A DNA stretch of 64,000 bases, from assembly GCA_043814765.1 (NCBI GenBank), contig JBDRJQ010000029.1, positions 16,821 to 80,820 of the forward strand. Direction: 5' to 3'. Shown piece by piece: positions 44,536 through 53,444 of this stretch (positions are counted from its first letter, which is position 1; each line of letters begins with the position of its first letter). The notes under the pieces are model-generated. The model saw only the letters and a list, made by a program, of their open reading frames with translations, did not search any database and was not told where the DNA came from. The DNA is from Nanobdellota archaeon. GTDB taxonomy: Archaea; Aenigmatarchaeota; Aenigmatarchaeia; QMZP01. A program made the position numbers and the translations under genes.

Positions 44536-46887
44536 TTAAAATCTGAGAACTTTAGTTGCTTCATCAGATTCCTTTTTTCTTTCAAGTTTGTAGAAATGTC
44601 CTGTGACACCTTCGCTAATTCGTTCTTCATGTGTAATTAGAAAGACCTGGTTTGCGAAGTTGTGTATTTTTTCTCTCAGTATGCTGGCGAATTGCATGAT
44701 TGCATTCTGATCTAAATTATGAGTTGGTTCATCTAAGATGAGCCATTTAAGGTTTGGTATGAAAGCCATTGAAAAGGCAATGCGCAAAGCGAGACAAGCA
44801 AGCGAGCGTTCTCCGCCAGATACTGTTCCTTCTACATTGACCCAGCCTTCGCTTGTTTTTAATTGCAGTGAGTAATCTCCGCTCTCTATGAAAAACTGTA
44901 TCTCTTTGAAATCTCCATAAGGATAAAGATCTTCCCAGATTTCGTTCATTAAATTATTAACAGTCTTCAGGAACTCTTCCCTTAATTGGTCCTGTGTTGC
45001 TCTCAGAACTGTTATGAAAGTATCAAGATTATTGGCTATTCTCCAATCATCGGTTATCTCTTTCTGATATTTCTTCATCATGTTATATTCGCTTTCAATT
45101 TCAGAAAGCCTTGCTTGTTTTTCTTTTAATAAATCATCTATAGAAGATATCTTTACGTATAATTCTGCTTCCCTTGCCAAAGCTTCTTTGTGGCGTTTCT
45201 TAATTTCATTTATTTCAATGCTCTTTATTGAGTTGTCTATCAGAGCTTTCTCCTCTATTAATCTTCTAGATTTTTTAATGTTTTCTTTGATTTTGCTCTC
45301 AACTTCATCAAACTTTTCTACAAGCTCTGAAATGTTTTTGGCTTCTATAAATTTCTCCCTCATTAAAACAACATTATCTTCGTCTTTCTTTATGGTTGAT
45401 TCAACTGTCTGTATTTTTGCCACGTTGCTCTTTACCAATTCCCTGTGCTTTTTAGCCTTAATTCTGGCATCTTCCAGATCTTTTTTTACGTTTTCAAAAT
45501 TCTTGATTCTCTCCTCGATTAGAGCCATTTCTTGTTTATCCTTTTCCAAGGAATATATAACATTCTTCAAATCCTCTATAACAATGTTGTTTTTCTCAAT
45601 ATCCGTCTTGAAAGTCTCTATTAGCCCCATTTTCTCCTTCAAAACGTGCTCTCTGTGCTCTTCTGTAAGCTCTCTGGAGCATGTTGGACATATAGCTTTC
45701 GCGGATTCAAGCTCTGTAATCTGTTTAAGCGCCCCCTCTTGCTTTGCACGCATAGAAGAGATGATTTGGTATAGGGTTTCCATCTGTTTTTTCTTCTCTT
45801 CTATGGATTCCCTTTCAAGCTTGTCTCTTAATTGCTCCAGTTTAGTTCTCTGCTTAAAAACCTCCTGAATCTGTTTTTCCATTTCAGGTATCTTCTTTTT
45901 CTCCAAATCAGATATTATTGTGTTGGTAGAAGCTGTTTCTTCTCTCATTTTGTTGGCAAAACTCTTGTTATCTGAAATGTTTTTTTCAAAGAGTTTTATG
46001 TCTCTTTCTATGTTTTCTTTCTCTCTAAGTATTCCTTCTACGCTTTTACCTTCTGTCTTTGCTCTTAAATCATTCAAGTTATTTTTCATTTCACTAAGCG
46101 TTGCCTCAACAGAAGCAATCTCCTTTTCAACAACGTTTAATCTTTCTGTTTTTTTATCGAATTTTGCTATCTGCTCTTCAAGCTTGTTTTTTGTGTCAGA
46201 AAATCTTTTTTTATCAATATCAAAAAGTGATTTTTCCTTTTCCATTTTGCGAACTTTTGTTCTGAGTTCGTTAAGCTTCTGATCAAGATCCTTCCTCTCA
46301 AAATCAGTTAGCATCCTTATCTTCTCCTCGTTTTGATGCATAAGCTTGTTCTTTAGCTTTACCGTACCTTCTCTTGCTAATTCAAATCTGTCAACCTTCA
46401 ACATCTTATCTATTTGCTGCATTCTATTGCCCTTGGGTATCCTGAGGAAGTAGTCTAGACCGTTTTGTTCTGAATAAACTGCTTTAGAGAATAAATCATA
46501 GTCTACCTGCAGAATTCTTTCTATCTCTTTGCTAACAGCAGCTGGGTTAACGTTTAACTGTGTACTGCCTTCTATTATCTCTGCATGCGTGGTTCCTTTG
46601 CCTAATTCTATTCTTCTTATAACAGTGTATTTTTTCCCGGCGTTTTCGAATGTCAATGAAACCTCTGCAGTGCTTTTGTTTTGAGGTTTTTTCATTATCA
46701 AGTCATCAATCTTTATTTTTTTGTTCTGCAGTGCAGGAAACGTACCAAAAAGCGCAAAAGATATTGCCTGCATTATCGAGCTCTTGCCAGAACCCATGTC
46801 TCCAATAATGCAATTTATTCCCTGTGAAAAATCAAAACTAGAATCTAAATGAGATTTCCAGTTCTTCAGAGAAAGGTTTGTTATCAT
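44536..46887 (-). CDS. rad50: DNA double-strand break repair ATPase Rad50
   Basis: Walker A GDMGSGKSS, a long coiled coil with a central CPTC zinc hook, the signature VSGGERS and Walker B LILDEPT. Confidence 0.9.
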   Translation of the reverse strand: MITNLSLKNWKSHLDSSFDFSQGINCIIGDMGSGKSSIMQAISFALFGTFPALQNKKIKIDDLIMKKPQNKSTAEVSLTFENAGKKYTVIRRIELGKGTTHAEIIEGSTQLNVNPAAVSKEIERILQVDYDLFSKAVYSEQNGLDYFLRIPKGNRMQQIDKMLKVDRFELAREGTVKLKNKLMHQNEEKIRMLTDFERKDLDQKLNELRTKVRKMEKEKSLFDIDKKRFSDTKNKLEEQIAKFDKKTERLNVVEKEIASVEATLSEMKNNLNDLRAKTEGKSVEGILREKENIERDIKLFEKNISDNKSFANKMREETASTNTIISDLEKKKIPEMEKQIQEVFKQRTKLEQLRDKLERESIEEKKKQMETLYQIISSMRAKQEGALKQITELESAKAICPTCSRELTEEHREHVLKEKMGLIETFKTDIEKNNIVIEDLKNVIYSLEKDKQEMALIEERIKNFENVKKDLEDARIKAKKHRELVKSNVAKIQTVESTIKKDEDNVVLMREKFIEAKNISELVEKFDEVESKIKENIKKSRRLIEEKALIDNSIKSIEINEIKKRHKEALAREAELYVKISSIDDLLKEKQARLSEIESEYNMMKKYQKEITDDWRIANNLDTFITVLRATQDQLREEFLKTVNNLMNEIWEDLYPYGDFKEIQFFIESGDYSLQLKTSEGWVNVEGTVSGGERSLACLALRIAFSMAFIPNLKWLILDEPTHNLDQNAIMQFASILREKIHNFANQVFLITHEERISEGVTGHFYKLERKKESDEATKVLRF

Positions 46888-46955
46888 AGAAGTAACTTGT
46901 AACTAAACAATTTATTACTATTTCTAGTTCTAAATTTATATGGAAGTTAAAACAA

Positions 46956-47153
46956 TTATAATACAATAAATGGAGGGTGATATTTAATGGTTGTTTCCCA
47001 GCTTTTGGTTATACTAATTGCAGCTTTTGCAGCTCTGGTATTATACGTATTCACGAATCCTGCATCAAGAAGAACATCGTTTTTAAAATCAACAACTAGA
47101 GCATACAAACCAAAAAAGACTGTAAAAATAGTTGCTACAAAGAAAACAAACAA
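46956..47153 (-). CDS. Doubtful small hydrophobic ORF (65 aa, TTG start)
   Basis: It is open only from a TTG codon and has no internal ATG. It sits between the rad50 start and the RPA-like gene. Confidence 0.2.
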   Translation of the reverse strand: MFVFFVATIFTVFFGLYALVVDFKNDVLLDAGFVNTYNTRAAKAAISITKSWETTIKYHPPFIVL

Positions 47154-47160
47154 GAAAAAA

Positions 47161-47192
47161 TAAGACCTTTTGGAACCTTTTCCAGAAGGTTA
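47161..47192 (-). repeat. Copy G of the hairpin module directly after the stop codon of the RPA-like gene
   Basis: The minus strand reads TAA-TAACCTTCTGGAAAAGGTTCCAAAAGGTCTTA, with hairpin AACCTT/AAGGTT followed by a CCAAAAGG box. Confidence 0.5.
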
Positions 47193-47825
47193 TTATATTT
47201 TCTTTATTTTTCCAGGAGTTGGTTCATAGCATATGCCTTCTGCCAATAAATCATTAATTATAAATTCTATATCCTTTTCAGGAGCGCTGACATTCTCAAC
47301 AACAGATCCATATTCCACTCCATCATCATTTGATGATATATAACTTATAACATTTTTTCTTAGAAGATTTTTATCACTGGTTTGTTCTGCTATAACACTC
47401 TGTCCTGTTTTCTGGCTGTTTGGAATTTTTGATTTTTTTAACAACTCTAATTTGCGTAAAAGTTCCATATTAGGGTCTGTGATTTTTTTAACTATTTCAG
47501 GAATCATATAGATTTCTGTGTTATACTCTCTGATTTTTCCTATCACGTCTACAATTTCTCCTATTTCTGTGGTGTCAAGCGGTTTTACTGTTTTGAAAGT
47601 TTTTACTCGTATGGTATCACTGGAATCGTCTATTGTTAATGAAGCAAAATTTCCATCTTCTGCAAGGAACTTGCCAACAACTGTTCCCAATATCCTTGCA
47701 CGGGATACTTCTTCTCCTGAAGAAGTAGTAACAAAGCTTGGTTCAAACCCCTCTTTCTTAACCCATTCACCATTTACAATATCAGAAATATTCACTTTTA
47801 GTGCAGTCATTCTTTGTATAGGCAT
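47193..47825 (-). CDS. OB-fold ssDNA-binding protein, RPA32/Stn1-like, with C-terminal winged-helix-like region
   Basis: The pattern SRARILGTVVGKF...FASLTIDDSSDTIRVKTF is typical of an RPA-type OB fold. The C-terminal 60 aa resemble the RPA32 winged-helix domain. Motif-level call only. Confidence 0.6.
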   Translation of the reverse strand: MPIQRMTALKVNISDIVNGEWVKKEGFEPSFVTTSSGEEVSRARILGTVVGKFLAEDGNFASLTIDDSSDTIRVKTFKTVKPLDTTEIGEIVDVIGKIREYNTEIYMIPEIVKKITDPNMELLRKLELLKKSKIPNSQKTGQSVIAEQTSDKNLLRKNVISYISSNDDGVEYGSVVENVSAPEKDIEFIINDLLAEGICYEPTPGKIKKI

Positions 47826-47932
47826 AATAAAGAGTGGTGAATTAGCTTTTTAAACATTAGTGCCTCAAAAAAATTATCTCGTTAAAACGAGTTAACTTTT
47901 AAATATCTGACAATGTTAAATGTTAAATTGTT

Positions 47933-48085
47933 ATGAAATGTGAGATGTGTGGAAAGAATGTAAATAGAACAGTTTGCAACAAAAGTAAGGGAAACCCAAA
48001 ATTCTACAGGATGTGTAAAGACTGCTGTGTAAAAGAAGGCGGTCATAAATGCGCATGGTGGGAAGTTTGTTGGAATAGGAAATAG
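47933..48085 (+). CDS. Small Cys-rich ORF (50 aa, 8 Cys)
   Basis: Hand-translated as MKCEMCGKNVNRTVCNKSKGNPKFYRMCKDCCVKEGGHKCAWWEVCWNRK. The CxxC...C...CxxCC...C...C pattern suggests a zinc-binding mini-protein. It is below the ORF-track cutoff. Confidence 0.3.
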   Translation: MKCEMCGKNVNRTVCNKSKGNPKFYRMCKDCCVKEGGHKCAWWEVCWNRK

Positions 48086-48200
48086 ATATGTCTAATGTAA
48101 GCGCTGAACATGAAATATTGATTTTTTTGGAAAAATTATGTGAAACAAGAACTAATAGTAATTGGTTATACTGAAACGGTAATTGGGAAATGCTGGTTAA

Positions 48201-48737
48201 TTACTTATTTTCTTCATTAGATTTCTCTTCAGATTTTTGTTCTTCCTTAGGCTCTGATTTTTCCTCTGCAGGCGCTTCTTCAAGCTTTGGTTCTTCCTTT
48301 GTTGGTTCCTCTTTCTTCTCTGCAGGTTTTTCTTCTTTAGGAGTCTCTTTTGGCTCTTCCTTCTTTGCTCCCATAAGTTCTGCAAGAGATTTCTGCCCCT
48401 GTCCTGTAATTTTTGCGTTGATTTGGACTATATTTGAAGAAACTGTGTTGCCACAAATAGATTTCCTTTTTCTCTGGCCCTTGTGTTCTGGATGAAATCC
48501 TGGAGGAAGTGAGATTAGTATTTTTTTTCTAACTGTTCCGTCTACATCCCTTCTCATTGGGAATCCCTGTTTGTCAGAACCGCCAGTTATTTCGAGCTCG
48601 TATCCTGTAAGACCTAAAACATTTCCTGAGAATTTGTGGCCTATTTTTTTGTTTAAAAGAGTTGATGCGTTTTGATCAACTTCCTTTTGATAGGCTTTTT
48701 TTGACTTTGGATCTGATATTACAATCTTGAAATTCAT
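48201..48737 (-). CDS. rps6e: 30S ribosomal protein S6e (eS6) with a Lys/Glu/Pro-rich C-terminal extension
   Basis: MNFKIVISDPKSKKAYQKEV...GYELEITGGSDKQGFPMRRDV pattern. Confidence 0.9.
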   Translation of the reverse strand: MNFKIVISDPKSKKAYQKEVDQNASTLLNKKIGHKFSGNVLGLTGYELEITGGSDKQGFPMRRDVDGTVRKKILISLPPGFHPEHKGQRKRKSICGNTVSSNIVQINAKITGQGQKSLAELMGAKKEEPKETPKEEKPAEKKEEPTKEEPKLEEAPAEEKSEPKEEQKSEEKSNEENK

Positions 48738-48830
48738 ATTGACAACCTCCCCAGTTAACCAATTATTTGGTTTTCCGGGTTCATCTGACTATGTATAGAT
48801 TTTATTCACGCTTAGGATATTTAAAGGTTT

Positions 48831-50195
48831 CTAGAACAGCATTGGTATAACGAAGTTACCAACCAATATTAACAGCGTTGCCCAGCTTACTATTTTCATT
48901 ATGCTATCAGCCTTTTTTGGTATATATCTAACGAGAAGTATGTGCCACATTCTGCCTCCGTCCAGAGGCTTTATTGGAAGCAGATTTGCCAGTCCAACTC
49001 CTAGATTGATTAAAAATAGGAAGAAGAGTAGTCCGCTAGTAAATTCTATTACAGGTGCGAAAGCAACGAATTCTGTTTTGAGTTCATTAACGTCATAAAC
49101 TCCTATAATTCCTATAAAACCTGGTTCGGGTAGCTGTTCTACCTCTTGTTCCAGTTCCATGATATTTTTGCTTGCTTTTTGCTCTAGGTGTGGGTAGTTA
49201 TCTTTCATATATTCCCAATACTGTATTTCCATTTTTAGTTCTGTCCAACTCTTTTCAGAAAGAGCTCCTATGGATTTTGAAAAATCAATAGTATTAGGTA
49301 TAACAGAATCAATAGATGCTACTAAATTATCCATGAACGACGGTTTAAAGAGGGGTACTGGTTTTGATGCTGTTTCTAATGTGAATTCCAGTTCTTCTTT
49401 CCCATTGTAAGTTTTTATATCAATTGTCTTTCCAGATCCTACTGAACTCAAAACTGTATCAAGATCATAAGTATTCTGTATAGGCTGTCCGTTAATAGCT
49501 ATTATGCCACCGCTTATATTCACTAAATCAGCTGGATAGTCAGTTATCAAGCCCTGGTAACCAACGCCTGAAGACATAAACAGTCCTGGAAGAGTTATTG
49601 TTAATATGGAAAAGGCTAATAGAGCCAGCAAGAAATTTGCAAATGATCCGGCTGCATAAACACGCAATTGGGACAATGTGGATTTTTTTGCTATCTGTTT
49701 CTCATCTGGTTCAACAAAAGCCAGTGGTAAAATTGCCAAAACTCCCCATCCTAGAGATCTTATTCTTACGTTTTCCATTGCAGCCATTATTCCATGAAAA
49801 CCTTCATGAACAAGTACCAATAAACCAATTGATATTATCCAGTACCAGAAAGGCACTAAGAGGTAACCTGGGCCTATATTGGCCGTAGTGGTTGCTGCTG
49901 GAAGAACAATAGCCAAGCCGGCAGAAACGGTTTCTGTTGTGAACACTTTCAAAAGATTATCTACTAACCAATAAAATATGAACATAGATGCTATAAAACC
50001 GGTTACGACACCTATGGTGCCTACAACCTTCCAGAATCTTCTAAAGGATGTACCGATTTTGATTATTGTTGCTTTACCTCGCTGTGTTTTCCTTAAAAAC
50101 ATTACGGATTGTCTTTCCACATTTTTTCTGTCTTTAAAGAGAATTAGCACTATAACTGCAGCAAATACAACAACAGAAAGCAAATAAAAATCCAT
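48831..50195 (-). CDS. Site-2 protease family (M50) membrane metalloprotease with PDZ-like insert
   Basis: The HExxH motif is LVHEGFHG. There are multiple TM helices and a C-terminal NLLPIKPLDGG motif. Confidence 0.85.
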   Translation of the reverse strand: MDFYLLSVVVFAAVIVLILFKDRKNVERQSVMFLRKTQRGKATIIKIGTSFRRFWKVVGTIGVVTGFIASMFIFYWLVDNLLKVFTTETVSAGLAIVLPAATTTANIGPGYLLVPFWYWIISIGLLVLVHEGFHGIMAAMENVRIRSLGWGVLAILPLAFVEPDEKQIAKKSTLSQLRVYAAGSFANFLLALLAFSILTITLPGLFMSSGVGYQGLITDYPADLVNISGGIIAINGQPIQNTYDLDTVLSSVGSGKTIDIKTYNGKEELEFTLETASKPVPLFKPSFMDNLVASIDSVIPNTIDFSKSIGALSEKSWTELKMEIQYWEYMKDNYPHLEQKASKNIMELEQEVEQLPEPGFIGIIGVYDVNELKTEFVAFAPVIEFTSGLLFFLFLINLGVGLANLLPIKPLDGGRMWHILLVRYIPKKADSIMKIVSWATLLILVGNFVIPMLF

Positions 50196-50331
50196 ACAAT
50201 TATTATCGTTAGCATCTGTTAAATACGTTGTCTTTTTGTTCGGAAAACACCTAAAACAGCATAGAAGAAACCTATATAAAGCCTCATGACAACACTATTG
50301 TATATAATTTATGTTTACTGGAGGTGTTATA

Positions 50332-50703
50332 ATGACTGAAGAAAATAAACCAAAAAATGATGAAATTGATGATAAATTAGCTTTCCCAGAAGCTTCAATA
50401 GTTAGAATAATGAAGAAGCACTTGGACAATGAAAAAATGATCAAAAAGGAAGTAAAGGTAGCAATGAATAAATGGCTTGAAAAGGTATGCGCAAATGTTG
50501 CAAAGGAAATGAACAAGGTTCCTTATGTTATGATGAATCTTCATGAATTCAAAGAAGGAACAAGGGTTTATGACATACTGGAAGATTTCGACCATGAAAA
50601 GAAAAGAATTCTGGCCCACATGGCAGCAATGAAAATGGACATAGAAAAGCTGGAAAGGGATCTTGGAAAGGTTGAAGATGCGACCGATGAGCAACCAAAC
50701 TGA
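50332..50703 (+). CDS. Histone-fold (NF-Y/CBF-like) protein with C-terminal coiled-coil extension
   Basis: LAFPEASIVRIMKKHL and KKEVKVAMNKWLEKVCANVAKEMNK resemble helices alpha1 and alpha2 of the histone fold. TGGAGGTG lies upstream of the ATG. Confidence 0.5.
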   Translation: MTEENKPKNDEIDDKLAFPEASIVRIMKKHLDNEKMIKKEVKVAMNKWLEKVCANVAKEMNKVPYVMMNLHEFKEGTRVYDILEDFDHEKKRILAHMAAMKMDIEKLERDLGKVEDATDEQPN

Positions 50704-50721
50704 GGAATTTATTAATTCCTC
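50702..50721 (+). terminator. Perfect 8-bp hairpin overlapping the stop codon of the histone-fold gene
   Basis: GAGGAATT-TATT-AATTCCTC. No clear T-tract follows, so a terminator role is uncertain. Confidence 0.3.
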
Positions 50722-50736
50722 TGTCTTATTCTTATT

Positions 50737-51330
50737 ATGAAATTGATATTGGTTAGACATGGCAGAACAGTCGATAATGAAAAAAGAATAATGCAAGGAC
50801 AGATGCAGGGCAAACTATCAGAAGCAGGAAAAGAGCAGGCTAAGAAAGTCGCTCTTCGCTTAAAGAGAGAAAAGATAGATTTTATTTATTCCAGCAATCT
50901 TAAAAGAGCTTCAGACACAGCAAAAGAAATAGCCAAATATCATCCCGATGCACCAATTGAATTTGTAAAAGAACTTAGAGAAAGGCACTGGGGGTCATTG
51001 CAGGGCAAAAGCAAAGATTCAATAGACTGGAACAATATCCCGGATGACGTAGAACCATTGAGTGGTTTAGTAAAAAGAGTGAAATTGTTTCTTGATAAGG
51101 TATATGAAAAGCATTCAGAATCAACTGTTTTATTTGTGTCTCATGGAAGGCTTTTAAAGGCACTTCTTTGCATCATATTTAATAAACCTTTTGATACATT
51201 GAATAAACCTCTAAGTGATGATTCAACAGGAATTGGAAAAATAGACAATGCTTCAGTAACAATTTTCGAGATAGATGAGGATAAAAATCATAAAATACAT
51301 GTATTGAATTGTGTTAAACATTTGGAATGA
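50737..51330 (+). CDS. Histidine phosphatase (phosphoglycerate mutase-like) family protein
   Basis: LVRHGRTVDN catalytic RHG motif, plus the later ERHWG and VSHG motifs. Confidence 0.85.
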   Translation: MKLILVRHGRTVDNEKRIMQGQMQGKLSEAGKEQAKKVALRLKREKIDFIYSSNLKRASDTAKEIAKYHPDAPIEFVKELRERHWGSLQGKSKDSIDWNNIPDDVEPLSGLVKRVKLFLDKVYEKHSESTVLFVSHGRLLKALLCIIFNKPFDTLNKPLSDDSTGIGKIDNASVTIFEIDEDKNHKIHVLNCVKHLE

Positions 51331-51331
51331 T

Positions 51332-51522
51332 GCGGGAGTTTCCGAGCGGCCAAAAATTGATGACTTGGATTGTATTCATCAAGTCATCTTTTGGCTATAG
51401 GAGCAGGGCTAAGGACCCTGTAGCTTAGTGCTTTCGCAGGTTCGAAATAAACCTTTTTCAGAAAAGGTTTAATCCAAAAGAAGGCTGAAGCCTTTCGCGG
51501 AACGAGAATCCTGCCTCCCGCA
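51332..51522 (+). tRNA. Type II tRNA, Leu-like (apparent anticodon AAG), with D-loop and T-loop introns
   Basis: Acceptor GCGGGAG/CTCCCGC plus A73. The D-stem TCC/GGA is interrupted by about 44 nt containing the GATGACTTG/CAAGTCATC hairpin. Anticodon arm CAGGG-CTAAGGA-CCCTG. Long variable arm TAGCTTAGTGCTTTC. The T-arm GCAGG-TTCGAA/T-CCTGC is interrupted by about 62 nt (51447-51508). Confidence 0.75.
51449..51494 (+). repeat. Copy D of the hairpin + CCAAAAG module (inside the tRNA-Leu T-loop intron)
   Basis: Sequence AAACCTTTTTCAGAAAAGGTTTAATCCAAAAGAAGGCTGAAGCCTT. Confidence 0.8.
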
Positions 51523-51528
51523 TTAGAA

Positions 51529-52425
51529 TTAATTTGCTTCCATAACATCCACTGTTGATGTTCCTGTATTAGGATCTGGTGCGCTTATAAATGGACATTC
51601 GTTCTCACAGTCTTCTGATGGACATTCTATGTATTCGTTAGTCTCATAACAATTACAATCTTTTTCACATACTACTGTTGTTTGCGGAACGCAGTTTCCG
51701 TTATTATATGTGTATGATGTTGTAGTTGTGCATGGTATGAATGCTTCATCACATTCGCCCTCTCTGCAGACACGTGCATTACAACCTTCCCAGTCATCAC
51801 AAGCGGGATCTACTGTATTAATGTCTTTACATTCTCCCCGATTGTGTGCCTGTGCCAATGTTATAGGTTCTATACAATTTAACCAAAATCCACTGCCATC
51901 AGGGTTTTCACCTGCTGCAGAACCGCTGTTAGGATCAGGGAGAGGCAAGCATCTCTTGTTCCAGTTTGTGGTTTTTGTTTTAGGGCATTCATTATTACCT
52001 ACTGGTTTCATAGCATCGGTGTCTGGATTTGCGCAATCAGGATCGTCTGCGCACCAGCACATTGTTGTCCCATCAGAAGTTAATTCGCATCCGCCTTTGC
52101 AATAATAATTTTCTGTTTTACCGTTACAGGTAACTGATATCCAGTTATCTGCCACGCATTCGTAAACGCATGGATTTCCAACTGGAGGAATGTCTGGCTC
52201 TATGCATCTATCTCTTCCTTCTACAGTTTTGCACTCATAAATGCATTCTATAGTTGTTATTTCGTTTGTCAGATGTTTGCTGTCTAAACAATACCAATAA
52301 CCACTATTTTCTGCTGACTTTAGTGACCCTATTCCCCACAGCTTTTCTGTTCCAGAAGGCTCTGTAGTACAGCCGCTTACAACAACTAAAAAAATAAATG
52401 ATACTATAATGAAGAAATATCTCAT
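51529..52425 (-). CDS. Cys-rich secreted protein, lipoprotein-like signal (VVSGC)
   Basis: The signal peptide has a lipobox-like VSGC. There are about 40 Cys in 298 aa and no C-terminal TM helix. Confidence 0.75.
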   Translation of the reverse strand: MRYFFIIVSFIFLVVVSGCTTEPSGTEKLWGIGSLKSAENSGYWYCLDSKHLTNEITTIECIYECKTVEGRDRCIEPDIPPVGNPCVYECVADNWISVTCNGKTENYYCKGGCELTSDGTTMCWCADDPDCANPDTDAMKPVGNNECPKTKTTNWNKRCLPLPDPNSGSAAGENPDGSGFWLNCIEPITLAQAHNRGECKDINTVDPACDDWEGCNARVCREGECDEAFIPCTTTTSYTYNNGNCVPQTTVVCEKDCNCYETNEYIECPSEDCENECPFISAPDPNTGTSTVDVMEAN

Positions 52426-52474
52426 AGTTTATATTAAAAAATAGCCTTTAAATTGTTTAGTTTTTTCTACGGTT

Positions 52475-53311
52475 TTAATAGTATTTCCAAAGCTTTGCTC
52501 TGCCATAAAGCCCAGAAGCACCGAAACCCAACTTGGCCAGACATCTCCATGCCCAATAGCTGTTGTCTACTGTTGAAAAGACATAGTTGTTTAAAAGATG
52601 ACGAGAAGCCCATGCTTTGGGCTCTTTGTAATTTTTTTCAATATAATTAAGAATCTGCAAATAAGATTTTGTCATCCTGTCTCTGCTCCAGTCAATTGCT
52701 TCTTCTGCAGAAACATATTTTTTTTCCAATAAAACATCGCCCTTTTTTATTTTCTTCAATATGCCATCTAGGCTTCTAGCGTTTATGATGTTAACAGCAC
52801 TTCCTAACATACCAAGACTGTGTGCATCTGATCCCACAGTCATTGATAATCCTAATCTCTTAGCGTGTTTTTCAGTTAACCTGTTAGATACCTTATCAAA
52901 ACTAAAGGCGTTGAATACTTCCACAGCATCTGTTTTTCTTATCTCTGTCCTTATTCCCATGCCTCTGATATCAAAGGGATGAGCAGCTACTGATACAGCG
53001 CCCTGTTCTTTTATTTTATCCAGTGTTTCATCCAAACTAATGCCCTTTTTAATAGTGGAATTAAGACCTAAACCTAATACATGTCCAGATTTTGTACTTA
53101 TTTCAACAGCAGGAATAAAGACCATTTTTAATTTTTTAGCCTCCTCTGATGCCTGCTTCCATCCTTTGGTGGTATCATGATCTGTTAAAGCCAGTCCATC
53201 AAGTCCTTTTTTCTTAGCTGTACGAATTAACTCTCTTGGAGATTGAGGTGCCTCTAAAACAATTTTAGTTCCTTCTGAATAGTGGCTGTGGCAATGGAGC
53301 TCAAATCTCAT
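52475..53311 (-). CDS. PHP-domain metal-dependent phosphoesterase
   Basis: MRFELHCHSHYSEG N-terminus, with the later LTDHD and AHP motifs. Confidence 0.85.
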   Translation of the reverse strand: MRFELHCHSHYSEGTKIVLEAPQSPRELIRTAKKKGLDGLALTDHDTTKGWKQASEEAKKLKMVFIPAVEISTKSGHVLGLGLNSTIKKGISLDETLDKIKEQGAVSVAAHPFDIRGMGIRTEIRKTDAVEVFNAFSFDKVSNRLTEKHAKRLGLSMTVGSDAHSLGMLGSAVNIINARSLDGILKKIKKGDVLLEKKYVSAEEAIDWSRDRMTKSYLQILNYIEKNYKEPKAWASRHLLNNYVFSTVDNSYWAWRCLAKLGFGASGLYGRAKLWKYY

Positions 53312-53444
53312 AGTATCACAGTGTTATTTAAGAGAAAAGGTTTATATAATGTACACGCTCACGAAACGTTTATTAAATTATCGTCTAATAGGTTTGATAT
53401 GAGTCTGGATATAAATTTAAATAGCGAGGTTTAAAATTATAGAT

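Noticed and set aside
45080-45868. 262-aa plus-strand ORF (and the one at 45920-46282) inside rad50
   Set aside because: These are Ser/Leu/Phe-rich low-complexity mirror frames of the Lys/Glu-rich coiled coil on the opposite strand. Rad50 motifs are unambiguous on the minus strand.
48800-48830. A degenerate module copy after the M50 protease stop codon (TAGAAACCTTTAAATATCC)
   Set aside because: It matches only about 8 nt of the 5' arm plus ATCC, and it has no hairpin. It is too short to distinguish from chance.
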